A program made the translations under genes and the position numbers. Below the pieces are notes generated by a model. That model searched no databases and was not told where the DNA came from. It saw nothing but the letters and a program-made list of their open reading frames with translations. From assembly GCA_963700145.1 (NCBI GenBank), contig OY969474.1, positions 5,152,001 through 5,216,000 of the forward strand: a stretch of 64,000 nucleotides of DNA, in the 5' to 3' direction. The stretch comes from an uncultured Acidobacteriota bacterium (GTDB lineage: Bacteria; Acidobacteriota; Thermoanaerobaculia; Multivoradales; UBA5704). This document shows, piece by piece, positions 1 through 9,113 of the stretch (the first letter of the stretch is position 1; each line of letters begins with the position of its first letter).

Positions 1-367
1 CCAACGCGAGCTCTGCTGTCACCCGATCGCCCACGGTGATGGTCTCCGGAAAAACCTTCACCTCTATCCGAGGCCCAGACTGAGCAAAGAGCGGGGTAAG
101 GAAGAAGAAGGCGAGGAGCAGGAGCGTTCCGAATCGGCCGATGCCGGTTCCCGGGGCCAGCCAGGTCTCTGGAGCGCCGGGCGCTCCGTCCGCACCCCTC
201 GCATGCCCCTCAGAAGCGCCGGAGCCGCCCACCGTGTTTGCCGGCAACATCCCCCTGTACCAGCACGCGAAGCGCGGACACCAAGGAGCGCCCGGCGCGG
301 AGGAGAGCCTGGTGGCCCCCACACCGGCCCTCCCGACGGCACGCTCTTTCTTCATCGTCACAGTCAC
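1..367 (-). CDS. Partial exported protein of the MoxR/DUF58 (Bat-like) operon; runs off the window edge
   Basis: GTG at 367 overlaps the DUF58 stop (GTGA) and the frame is open to position 1. It encodes a signal-like LLLLAFFFLTPLFA followed by PETITVGDRVTAEL, as in BatD-like N-termini. The true start may lie further downstream. Confidence 0.5.
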   Translation of the reverse strand, partial: MTVTMKKERAVGRAGVGATRLSSAPGAPWCPRFACWYRGMLPANTVGGSGASEGHARGADGAPGAPETWLAPGTGIGRFGTLLLLAFFFLTPLFAQSGPRIEVKVFPETITVGDRVTAELAL

Positions 368-1317
368 CGCTGCAACCTCCGCCGCCGCTGCTCGAAGAAC
401 GACAACAACGTCGGCAGATAAGGCCGATCCGTCCGCAGCTCCAGATGGTCCACCCCAAGCCGCCGCAACAACTGCCGCAGCTCCGCCCGCTCCCGCTGCC
501 GCCGCGCCAAATGCTCCCGCCCCAACCGCCTCCCCGAAACCACCCCCCACCGCCCAGTCTCAGCATCCCGCAACACCACCGGCCCCACCGCCGGAAACTC
601 CAAGTCCCGCGGATCCACCACCTCCACAACGATCAAGTCATGCCGCGCGGCAGCCGACTTCAACGCCTGCGGACAAGCCGCCCCGATGAAATCCGACACC
701 ACGAACAGCACCGCCCGCCGATGCAGCGCCGCCAGCACCGCCCCCAGCCCCGCCTCCAGATCCGTCCCCCCATGCGCCGGCCGATCCAGCAGCTCCCGCA
801 CCATCCGCAACACGTGCGTCCGCCGCCGCCGCGGCGGCAGGAACAGCTCCAGCCGGTCCGAGATCAGCGCCGCCCCCACCCGGTCCTGATTGCGCACGGC
901 CGCGAAGGCCACCAGCGCCGAGACCTCCGCCGCCAGCTCGCGCTTCAAAATCGCGCGCGACCCGAACGACAGGCTCCCGGAGACGTCGATCGCCAAAAAC
1001 ACCGTCAGGTCCCGCTCCTCGACGTACTGCTTGACGAAGGGCGCCCCCATCCGCGCCGTCACGTTCCAGTCGATCGAGCGCACGTCGTCGCCCGGCTGGT
1101 AGGCGCGCACCTCGGCGAACTCCATGCCGCGCCCCTTGAAGACCGAGTGGTAGTCGCCGGCGACGCCCTGGTCGACCAGCCGGTTGGTGGCGATCTCGAT
1201 CCGCCGCACCTTGGCCATCAGGTCGGCGGGGAGGCGGCGGGCGGGCGCCTTCGTGCGGGCTTGCTCGCTACGGGGGGCCGGCTGCCGGCGGACGAGGCGA
1301 CCGAGGGCCTCCAGCAT
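364..1317 (-). CDS. DUF58 family vWA-like protein
   Basis: Motifs GRGMEFAEVRAYQPGDDVRSIDWNVTAR and DVSGS; directly downstream of moxR. Confidence 0.95.
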   Translation of the reverse strand: MLEALGRLVRRQPAPRSEQARTKAPARRLPADLMAKVRRIEIATNRLVDQGVAGDYHSVFKGRGMEFAEVRAYQPGDDVRSIDWNVTARMGAPFVKQYVEERDLTVFLAIDVSGSLSFGSRAILKRELAAEVSALVAFAAVRNQDRVGAALISDRLELFLPPRRRRTHVLRMVRELLDRPAHGGTDLEAGLGAVLAALHRRAVLFVVSDFIGAACPQALKSAAARHDLIVVEVVDPRDLEFPAVGPVVLRDAETGRWGVVSGRRLGREHLARRQRERAELRQLLRRLGVDHLELRTDRPYLPTLLSFFEQRRRRLQR

Positions 1318-1327
1318 CGCGGACGTC

Positions 1328-2344
<1,017 letters not shown>

Positions 2345-2480
2345 CCGAGGAGCGGGGGTGCAAGTGAAGTGCCACGGCGGAGGCCCGTAAAGCCTTGGGG
2401 CGACGGCACAAAGAGGCGCATTCCCACGCCGCCAATGCCAATTCGGCAGGGGAGGGCGGCGCACGGGCAGCCCTTTCCCC

Positions 2481-2740
2481 GCCGGGCGCTCCAGGACGCA
2501 AACGGGCGCTCCCGAACGCAGACGGGCGCTCCGGAACCGAAACGGGCGCTCCGGAACCGAAACGGGCGCTCCCGCACCGAAACGGGCGCTCCCGCACCCA
2601 AACGGGCGCTCGCGGACGCAAACGGGCGCTCGCGCACCGAGATGGGCGCTCCGGGACCGAAACGGGCGCTCGCGCACCGAAACGGGCGCTCGGGAACCGA
2701 ACTGGCCGCTCCGAAACGGAAACGGGCGCTTCGGAAGCCA
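2481..2740. repeat. Tandem array of 13 x 20-bp units, consensus approximately AACGGGCGCTCCGGAACCGA
   Basis: The GGGCGCT core recurs every 20 bp from 2484 to 2724 (GGCCGCT in one unit); the second half of each unit is variable. Confidence 0.95.
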
Positions 2741-2901
2741 CGGCCGCGCTTCCGTCTCCGTCTTTGGTGGTCGGTCGCCCTCCCCGGGCGCCGCTCAGAC
2801 CGCGCGGACGACGAGCCTCCCCGCCCGGACCTCCACCTCGTACGCCTGCCCGAGGTCAAACCCTGCCGCCCGCAGCCACCGACCTGACAGCCGCAGGTCT
2901 C

Positions 2902-4360
2902 GGGGTTGTCCCTCCCGCTGTTGAAAGAGCAATGAGGTGAAGGCGGCTCCTCGGCCCACCTGATCGAGAATCGGGTTGGTCGAATAACCGGCCCCGCCAG
3001 GGGGCCAAGGAGCCGTGATGAAGACGAGAGCAGAAAGGCGGGTGGTGTGGCAAGGGGGCCGTGCGGCGCGCATCAGCCACGGGCTACAAGCGCTGCTGCG
3101 GCCGATGGTCGAGGGCATCGAGGCCAGCCGCCAGGGGCTGCTGGAGCTGTTTCACGCCGCGGGCGTCGAGGCCCTGGGGCGGCAGCTCGCGGACGAGGTC
3201 GAGGCCGTCGTCGGTCCGAAGCGTCGGCGCAATCCGACCCGCGAGGCGTACCGCTGGGGCTCGACGGCGAGCGAGTTCGTGCTGGGTGGCCGCCAGGTGG
3301 CGCTGCCGCGACCGCGCGTCCGGCGACGCGACGGTGGCGAGATGAGCTTGCCTTCGGTGCGCGCCTTTCAGGACGAAGATCCCTTCACGGAGCGGGTGAT
3401 CGAGCAGGCGCTGGTCGGCGTCTCGCAGCGCCGCTACGGTCGGAGCTTGGAGCCGCTCGCAGAGTCGGTGCCGGAGCGCGCGACGAGCAAGAGTGCGGTC
3501 CAGCGCCGGCTGGTGGCGGGGACGCGTCGTCTGCTGGGCGCGTGGCTGCGCCGAGACCTGTCGGACTTCCAGCCCCTGATCCTGATGATCGACGGGCTGG
3601 AGGTGGCCGGCCACACCCTGGTGGTGGCACTCGGCATCGCGCGCGACGGGACCAAGCGGGTGCTCGGCCTGCGTGAAGGCGCGACGGAGAACGCGGCGCT
3701 CTGTACCGGCCTGCTCCAGGAGCTGTTGGAGCGAGGCCTCGCGATGCCGCCGCGCTTCTTGGCGGTGCTCGACGGCGGCAAGGGGCTGCGCAAGGCCGTG
3801 CGCGCCGTCTTCGGGGACGCAACCCACGTCCAGCGCTGCCAGCTCCACAAGCGCCGCAACGTCCGCGACCACCTGCCCAAGCAGCTCCAAGCCCGGGTCG
3901 ACCGCCTGATGGTCGAGGCCTACCAGAGCGCTCGCTTCGACCTCGCCAAGCGTCGCCTCGAGCAGCTTGCCCGCTGGCTCGAGCACGCAGGCCACGCGGG
4001 CGCCGCGGGCAGCCTGCGCGAGGGCCTCGACGAGACCCTCACCGCCTTGCGGCTGAAGCTGCCCGACGCTCTGCGCCGGTTGCTCGCCTCGACCAACGCG
4101 ATCGAGAACACGATCGGCTCGATCCGTACGACGACGCGCAACGTCAAGCGCTGGCGCGGCGGCGACATGGTGCTGCGCTGGGTCGCCCTGGCGCTGTGTG
4201 ACGCGGAGGCTGGCTTCCGGCGTGTCAAGGGACATCGGCACCTCGGGGCTCTCGAGCTCGCGCTCGCGGCGATCGAGGAACCGACGAACACCAAGGCCGT
4301 GGCATGATCAACCGAGCCGCTTTCCCTCTTTCGGCTTTCAACAGGGAACGGGGCATCCCC
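2902..4360 (+). mobile_element. IS256-family insertion sequence, copy 1 (1459 bp)
   Basis: Imperfect 26-bp terminal inverted repeats GGGGTTGTCCCTCCCGCTGTTGAAAG / CTTTCAACAGGGAACGGGGCATCCCC. A 9-bp direct repeat CCGCAGGTC lies at 2891-2899 and 4363-4371. Same length and ends as copy 2. Confidence 0.95.
3015..4307 (+). CDS. IS256-family (Mutator-like DDE) transposase
   Basis: Motifs LMIDG, VLDGGKGLRKAV, VQRCQLHKRRNV, STNAIEN. Confidence 0.95.
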   Translation: MMKTRAERRVVWQGGRAARISHGLQALLRPMVEGIEASRQGLLELFHAAGVEALGRQLADEVEAVVGPKRRRNPTREAYRWGSTASEFVLGGRQVALPRPRVRRRDGGEMSLPSVRAFQDEDPFTERVIEQALVGVSQRRYGRSLEPLAESVPERATSKSAVQRRLVAGTRRLLGAWLRRDLSDFQPLILMIDGLEVAGHTLVVALGIARDGTKRVLGLREGATENAALCTGLLQELLERGLAMPPRFLAVLDGGKGLRKAVRAVFGDATHVQRCQLHKRRNVRDHLPKQLQARVDRLMVEAYQSARFDLAKRRLEQLARWLEHAGHAGAAGSLREGLDETLTALRLKLPDALRRLLASTNAIENTIGSIRTTTRNVKRWRGGDMVLRWVALALCDAEAGFRRVKGHRHLGALELALAAIEEPTNTKAVA

Positions 4361-4410
4361 GTCCGCAGGTCCGGCACCCGCGCGCTCGCCGCAAGAGCTG
4401 CATGCCCCTT

Positions 4411-4439
4411 TGTTATACTGGCTAACTAATTGAGAGCAA
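4411..4439. promoter_or_regulatory. Possible overlapping divergent sigma70 promoters
   Basis: AT-rich patch. Minus strand: TTGCTC-16 bp-TATAAC facing the symE remnant. Plus strand: extended -10 TGnTATACT at 4411-4419 facing ORF 4551. Confidence 0.3.
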
Positions 4440-4550
4440 TGCAATGGTATCGGTAGTCGGAGCCGCGGAGCATTAGACGACAGCCCACTGCCGGCTACGC
4501 TGCCGAACCGCAGCCTTGAAACAGAGATTCGCCGGCACTGCGCGCACAGC

Positions 4551-4850
4551 ATGAACCTACTTGCACAAGACATCCCAACGATGCACGACACCGACTTCTT
4601 GTTTGCCGTCTGGGCCGACGAAGCAGGTGGCGGCTATTTCTACGAGTTGGCCGCAGCACGAGAAGAGTTGGAGGAGCGTTACCTAGGTGAGAAGTTCATT
4701 GAGCTTCGCCATGTCGGTCGCTTCCCGACAGGTCTCGTTGGGCCGGCGGTGTGTCTTCTCGACGACGCAATGTGTGAGCGACCAGAGCCAGATTACGCGG
4801 CGCTGGACACCAGGTTGAGCGAATTATCCGATACGTCTAGACCGAGATGA
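4551..4850 (+). CDS. Hypothetical protein
   Basis: 99-aa ORF with lower GC; its stop overlaps the next ATG (ATGA). Confidence 0.45.
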   Translation: MNLLAQDIPTMHDTDFLFAVWADEAGGGYFYELAAAREELEERYLGEKFIELRHVGRFPTGLVGPAVCLLDDAMCERPEPDYAALDTRLSELSDTSRPR

Positions 4851-5316
4851 AAAAGTGCGATCTGTGCTACGGAAAGAATGAGGACGACGCCCGGTTCTGC
4901 AAGTGGTGCTCTCGTAGCTTTTCGTCGTCGCGAGAAGCCCACGGCTCCAACCGGCCTCAAGCCACCAGCGTTATCTCTGCGGTGGTGATTGTCGGTGCGA
5001 TTGCGTTCTTTGGAACGATCGGCGTGAAGCGCAGCTGTGGAGAGAGCGGCGCCGGCCCGAACCCCACAGCTGCCAGCGTGTCACCTGCCTCCCCGACCCA
5101 ACATGCAGAGGGGCAGGTGATCTCGGGGGAGCATTGGTTCGGATGTGCAGATCGAGACGACTTCGATAGGTTGGTTCGATACGGCGTTCAGGGAGACCGC
5201 AAGGCCTTTAGCCAAGGCCTCGCCGCTGGATTGCTTACTGGAGCTTGCACGATGTTCAAAGATGGCGAACCGGTCTACCTTGCCGATACAGCTATATTCT
5301 CAGGTGTCATTAAGGT

Positions 5317-6775
5317 GGGGATGCCCCGTTCCCTGTTGAAAGCCGAAAGAGGGAAAGCGGCTCGGTTGATCATGCCACGGCCTTGGTGTTCGTCGGTTCC
5401 TCGATCGCCGCGAGCGCGAGCTCGAGAGCCCCGAGGTGCCGATGTCCCTTGACACGCCGGAAGCCAGCCTCCGCGTCACACAGCGCCAGGGCGACCCAGC
5501 GCAGCACCATGTCGCCGCCGCGCCAGCGCTTGACGTTGCGCGTCGTCGTACGGATCGAGCCGATCGTGTTCTCGATCGCGTTGGTCGAGGCGAGCAACCG
5601 GCGCAGAGCGTCGGGCAGCTTCAGCCGCAAGGCGGTGAGGGTCTCGTCGAGGCCCTCGCGCAGGCTGCCCGCGGCGCCCGCGTGGCCTGCGTGCTCGAGC
5701 CAGCGGGCAAGCTGCTCGAGGCGACGCTTGGCGAGGTCGAAGCGAGCGCTCTGGTAGGCCTCGACCATCAGGCGGTCGACCCGGGCTTGGAGCTGCTTGG
5801 GCAGGTGGTCGCGGACGTTGCGGCGCTTGTGGAGCTGGCAGCGCTGGACGTGGGTTGCGTCCCCGAAGACGGCGCGCACGGCCTTGCGCAGCCCCTTGCC
5901 GCCGTCGAGCACCGCCAAGAAGCGCGGCGGCATCGCGAGGCCTCGCTCCAACAGCTCCTGGAGCAGGCCGGTACAGAGCGCCGCGTTCTCCGTCGCGCCT
6001 TCACGCAGGCCGAGCACCCGCTTGGTCCCGTCGCGCGCGATGCCGAGTGCCACCACCAGGGTGTGGCCGGCCACCTCCAGCCCGTCGATCATCAGGATCA
6101 GGGGCTGGAAGTCCGACAGGTCTCGGCGCAGCCACGCGCCCAGCAGACGACGCGTCCCCGCCACCAGCCGGCGCTGGACCGCACTCTTGCTCGTCGCGCG
6201 CTCCGGCACCGACTCTGCGAGCGGCTCCAAGCTCCGACCGTAGCGGCGCTGCGAGACGCCGACCAGCGCCTGCTCGATCACCCGCTCCGTGAAGGGATCT
6301 TCGTCCTGAAAGGCGCGCACCGAAGGCAAGCTCATCTCGCCACCGTCGCGTCGCCGGACGCGCGGTCGCGGCAGCGCCACCTGGCGGCCACCCAGCACGA
6401 ACTCGCTCGCCGTCGAGCCCCAGCGGTACGCCTCGCGGGTCGGATTGCGCCGACGCTTCGGACCGACGACGGCCTCGACCTCGTCCGCGAGCTGCCGCCC
6501 CAGGGCCTCGACGCCCGCGGCGTGAAACAGCTCCAGCAGCCCCTGGCGGCTGGCCTCGATGCCCTCGACCATCGGCCGCAGCAGCGCTTGTAGCCCGTGG
6601 CTGATGCGCGCCGCACGGCCCCCTTGCCACACCACCCGCCTTTCTGCTCTCGTCTTCATCACGGCTCCTTGGCCCCCTGGCGGGGCCGGTTATTCGACCA
6701 ACCCGATTCTCGATCAGGTGGGCCGAGGAGCCGCCTTCACCTCATTGCTCTTTCAACAGCGGGAGGGACAACCCC
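5317..6775 (-). mobile_element. IS256-family insertion sequence, copy 2 (1459 bp), inverted relative to copy 1
   Basis: Same terminal repeats as copy 1; perfect 9-bp target-site duplication CATTAAGGT at 5308-5316 and 6776-6784. Confidence 0.97.
5370..6662 (-). CDS. IS256-family transposase
   Basis: 430 aa, identical in translation to 3015..4307. Confidence 0.95.
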   Translation of the reverse strand: MMKTRAERRVVWQGGRAARISHGLQALLRPMVEGIEASRQGLLELFHAAGVEALGRQLADEVEAVVGPKRRRNPTREAYRWGSTASEFVLGGRQVALPRPRVRRRDGGEMSLPSVRAFQDEDPFTERVIEQALVGVSQRRYGRSLEPLAESVPERATSKSAVQRRLVAGTRRLLGAWLRRDLSDFQPLILMIDGLEVAGHTLVVALGIARDGTKRVLGLREGATENAALCTGLLQELLERGLAMPPRFLAVLDGGKGLRKAVRAVFGDATHVQRCQLHKRRNVRDHLPKQLQARVDRLMVEAYQSARFDLAKRRLEQLARWLEHAGHAGAAGSLREGLDETLTALRLKLPDALRRLLASTNAIENTIGSIRTTTRNVKRWRGGDMVLRWVALALCDAEAGFRRVKGHRHLGALELALAAIEEPTNTKAVA

Positions 6776-6903
6776 CATTAAGGTGCGCCGTAAGGGGGAA
6801 GTCAACGAGTTTTGGACTAACCTTGAGGCGGTAAAGTGAATGCCTACACAACCCCTGCCAGGTGGCTGGCGCGAGCGCGCCGCCGAGGCACAAGGCCGTC
6901 CTG

Positions 6904-7140
6904 ATGCCGGTCGACTATCTGGACGCCGCGATGGAGTGCGCCTCCTACGAGAAGATCGAGGGCGAGCAGCCCTACTACGGCGAGATCGAGGGCTTTCGCG
7001 GACTCTGGGCGACGGGCTCCACGCTGGAGAAGTGCCGGCGAAATCTGCGGCGGGCGCTGGAGGACTGGATCTTCTTCTCGGCCGCGCGCGGGATGGACCT
7101 TCCCCCCGCGAGCGACCTCGTCCATTTACCATCTCCCTGA
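6904..7140 (+). CDS. HicB-like antitoxin with no adjacent HicA
   Basis: YYGEIEGFRGLWATGSTLEKCRRNLRRALEDWI fits the HicB RNase-H-like N-terminal pattern; ATG at 6904. Confidence 0.75.
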   Translation: MPVDYLDAAMECASYEKIEGEQPYYGEIEGFRGLWATGSTLEKCRRNLRRALEDWIFFSAARGMDLPPASDLVHLPSP

Positions 7141-7229
7141 GCAACTGGAGCAGTCGGCGGATGCCGGCACACCCGCGCGCTGAGAGTCATAGAAACAGAG
7201 GCGCTCATAGACCAGCGAGGTGACTTCTA

Positions 7230-7883
7230 ATGCGGCTGATATTGACGTGCCTCGCTCTAATTCTGGCCATCGCTTGCAAAGATGAAGAGGAGGCACGCGC
7301 CCAGCTTCAAGCAGCCGAGCGTGCCCGAGCCGCCGAGGAGGTAGAGGTTCAGCGACAGCGGGCGGAGGCCGCGACCGCAGTGAGGAACTCACTCGAGGCG
7401 CTTGGGGCAGATCCCGATGTCGAGACCGTCCAGAAGGCGTGCGAGCCAGGGCTCATCGCAAATGCTCTGAACTCCGATCAACAGGTGGCCGAGACCTGCT
7501 CTGCTGCTTACCTCGAGCTGGCGCGAAAGGAGATTCGCCGGCGCGACGTAGCGAAGGCTGCGTTGTACCTGGACCAGCAGCGATTTACCGGTATCAACTC
7601 GGAAGAGGTAACAGACGTTAACGACAACTTGGCTGCCCTCGTCGAGAAGGAGCGGGCTGACGCTCGCGCCAAGCAGGAGTCTGAGGCTCGGCGAGCCGGA
7701 GAGGGTGCGAACCCCGCCGACTGGCGGCAGGCGCAAGATTTCCTCGCCCAGCTACCACCGGCGTGCGCGGGCAGCAGGGCGTCAGTCTCTTCCGATGGCT
7801 CAGTCCTCATTCGACTGATCTGTCACGGTGCACAGCAGTCTATGGACGGGAGCATTCGAATCAAGGATGGCCTTGTTACTTAG
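7230..7883 (+). CDS. Hypothetical lipoprotein
   Basis: SD GAGGTG; signal peptide ending in lipobox LAIA-C; helical/coiled-coil-like body. Confidence 0.7.
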   Translation: MRLILTCLALILAIACKDEEEARAQLQAAERARAAEEVEVQRQRAEAATAVRNSLEALGADPDVETVQKACEPGLIANALNSDQQVAETCSAAYLELARKEIRRRDVAKAALYLDQQRFTGINSEEVTDVNDNLAALVEKERADARAKQESEARRAGEGANPADWRQAQDFLAQLPPACAGSRASVSSDGSVLIRLICHGAQQSMDGSIRIKDGLVT

Positions 7884-7901
7884 ATTCATTGAGGTCAGGC
7901 G

Positions 7902-8006
7902 AGCCGTGGCGCCTCCGGTCAGGTAGACGCGCACGTCTTCTCCGACCTCCCGGCCCAGCGCGCGCATGAAGCGGCCGAGCCGCTCGCGGTCTACCGGGCG
8001 GCGCAT
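7902..8006 (-). pseudogene. Truncated nucleotidyltransferase (DUF6036-like) N-terminus
   Basis: MRRPVDRERLGRFMRALGREVGEDVRVYLTGGATA, then an abrupt switch to lower-GC sequence before the DxD motif would appear. Confidence 0.65.
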
Positions 8007-8269
8007 TCGGCCGCGTTCTCGAAGCTGACGAGGCGCCGCACGAGAGCGTTGTAACGCGAGTGCGCCGAGTCCGGGTCGGTTTCCGCGAGGCGCTCGTAGA
8101 GGCGGAGCTCCGGGGAGGAGATCGCGGGGTCCGGGACGGCGAAGCCGATGCGGCGCAGGCGCGGCGCGCCGATCGAGACCAGGAGCGCGGGCACCGACTC
8201 GACTCCCCGTTCCAGGTCGGCGATCCCTTCGCGCACCAGATCGCTCCCGGGAAGGTTTTCGAGCTCCAC
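7991..8269 (-). CDS. Small conserved-looking hypothetical protein, partner of the truncated nucleotidyltransferase
   Basis: LPGSDLVREGIADL...AHSRYNALVRRLVSFE; GTG 8269 lies 6 nt after TATACT; overlaps the downstream gene start. Confidence 0.7.
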   Translation of the reverse strand: MELENLPGSDLVREGIADLERGVESVPALLVSIGAPRLRRIGFAVPDPAISSPELRLYERLAETDPDSAHSRYNALVRRLVSFENAAECAAR

Positions 8270-8334
8270 GCCGCGAGTATAGACGCGCAGCCGCTGACGC
8301 CCGGCCGCGAGCGCTTGGGGCGTAGACTGCAACC

Positions 8335-8814
8335 ATGGGGCGGCGCGTGTACCTGGAGACGACAGTCATCAGCTACCTGACCGCACGCCCGATGAGGACC
8401 GTGGTCGGCGCAGCCCATCAACAAATCACGCTGGATTGGTGGCACCATCGACGGCACGAGTTCGACCTCGTGGTCTCGGAGGCGGTCATTCGCGAAGCCG
8501 AGCGGGGCGATGCCGACGCCGCCGAGCGGCGGCTGGCGGTCTTGAAGGGGATACCTCGCCTCGCACTGACGGAAGAGGCCCTTCGACTCGCCGAGGGGTT
8601 CGTGCGTCGCGGCCTCTTGCCGAGCAAGGCGTCCGAGGACGGCCTCCATATCGCGGTGGCAACGGTTCACCGGGTGGACTATCTTCTCACCTGGAACTGT
8701 GCCCACATCGCTAATCCGGAGCTTCAGGCGAAACTGGCGGAATACCTCGGAGAGCTGGAGTTGTTCCTGCCGTTCATCTGCACCCCCGAAGAGTTGCTGG
8801 GAGCCGAGCTATGA
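8335..8814 (+). CDS. PIN-domain (VapC-like) toxin
   Basis: VYLETTVISYL, V-x-x-E, EDGLHIAVA, LLTWNCAHIAN: PIN acidic residues. Confidence 0.9.
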   Translation: MGRRVYLETTVISYLTARPMRTVVGAAHQQITLDWWHHRRHEFDLVVSEAVIREAERGDADAAERRLAVLKGIPRLALTEEALRLAEGFVRRGLLPSKASEDGLHIAVATVHRVDYLLTWNCAHIANPELQAKLAEYLGELELFLPFICTPEELLGAEL

Positions 8815-9017
8815 CACCGGACACCATCGTCGAGGAAGTTCGTCGAGGCCGAGAGGAGCATGCGGCAAGATTCCACTACGACCTCGTCCAAATTTTCGCG
8901 GATCTCAAGCGCACAGAGCAAGAACGCAACGGGGACGATTTCCCTCTTGTGGAGCCTGAGCTCGGCAACGTGCCGTCCAACCCCTCGTTGCACCGAGCGC
9001 GCTTCGCGCGGCGCTGA
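8811..9017 (+). CDS. Small protein coupled to the PIN toxin, putative antitoxin
   Basis: ATGA overlap with the PIN stop; DTIVEEVRRGREEHAARFHYDL. Confidence 0.65.
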   Translation: MTPDTIVEEVRRGREEHAARFHYDLVQIFADLKRTEQERNGDDFPLVEPELGNVPSNPSLHRARFARR

Positions 9018-9085
9018 GCTCCAGCCAACAGCTGCGTTCGCGCTGCGCGCCGACGAGCTGGTGAACTGAGGGCTGCGCGGTAGAC
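8975..9085 (+). other. Degenerate attC-like palindromic site
   Basis: GTCCAAC (RYYYAAC) ... GTTGCACC ... GCGCGCTTCGCGCG hairpin ... GGTGAAC ... GGTAGAC, one mismatch from GTTRRRY. Confidence 0.35.
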
Positions 9086-9113
9086 GCCGCTCGCCGCTGC
9101 TAGCCTTGCCGCC

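Larger units (their letters stand above)
2795..4377 (-). pseudogene. SymE-family type I toxin remnant interrupted by IS256 copy 1
   Basis: Rejoining across the IS at the CCGCAGGTC repeat gives VPDLRLSGRWLRAAGFDLGQAYEVEVRAGRLVVRAV*, matching the SymE pattern P-x-L-R-L-x-G-x-W-L-x-x-A-G-F-x-x-G. Confidence 0.7.
4847..6839 (+). pseudogene. Zinc-ribbon membrane protein interrupted by IS256 copy 2
   Basis: N-terminal CDLC...FCKWC ribbon and one TM segment. Removing the IS and one CATTAAGGT restores ...SGVIKVRRKGEVNEFWTNLEAVK* (174 aa). Confidence 0.85.

Noticed and set aside
2345-2677. N-terminal extension of the 449-aa MoxR ORF and other ORFs crossing the array
   Set aside because: These are read-through translations of the 20-bp repeat; MoxR-like sequence begins after 2344.
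2481-2740. CRISPR array
   Set aside because: The period is only 20 bp, the variable halves resemble each other rather than being unique spacers, and no cas genes are in the window.
5317-5452. C-terminus of the 201-aa ORF 4847..5452
   Set aside because: It reads into the IS end; the native C-terminus is at 6785-6839.
2902-6775. Composite transposon inserted as one unit
   Set aside because: Each IS has its own 9-bp target repeat and the outer flanks do not match each other.
8322-8328. GTAGAC as an attC core site upstream of the PIN gene
   Set aside because: Better explained as the -10 hexamer TAGACT of a leaderless promoter.
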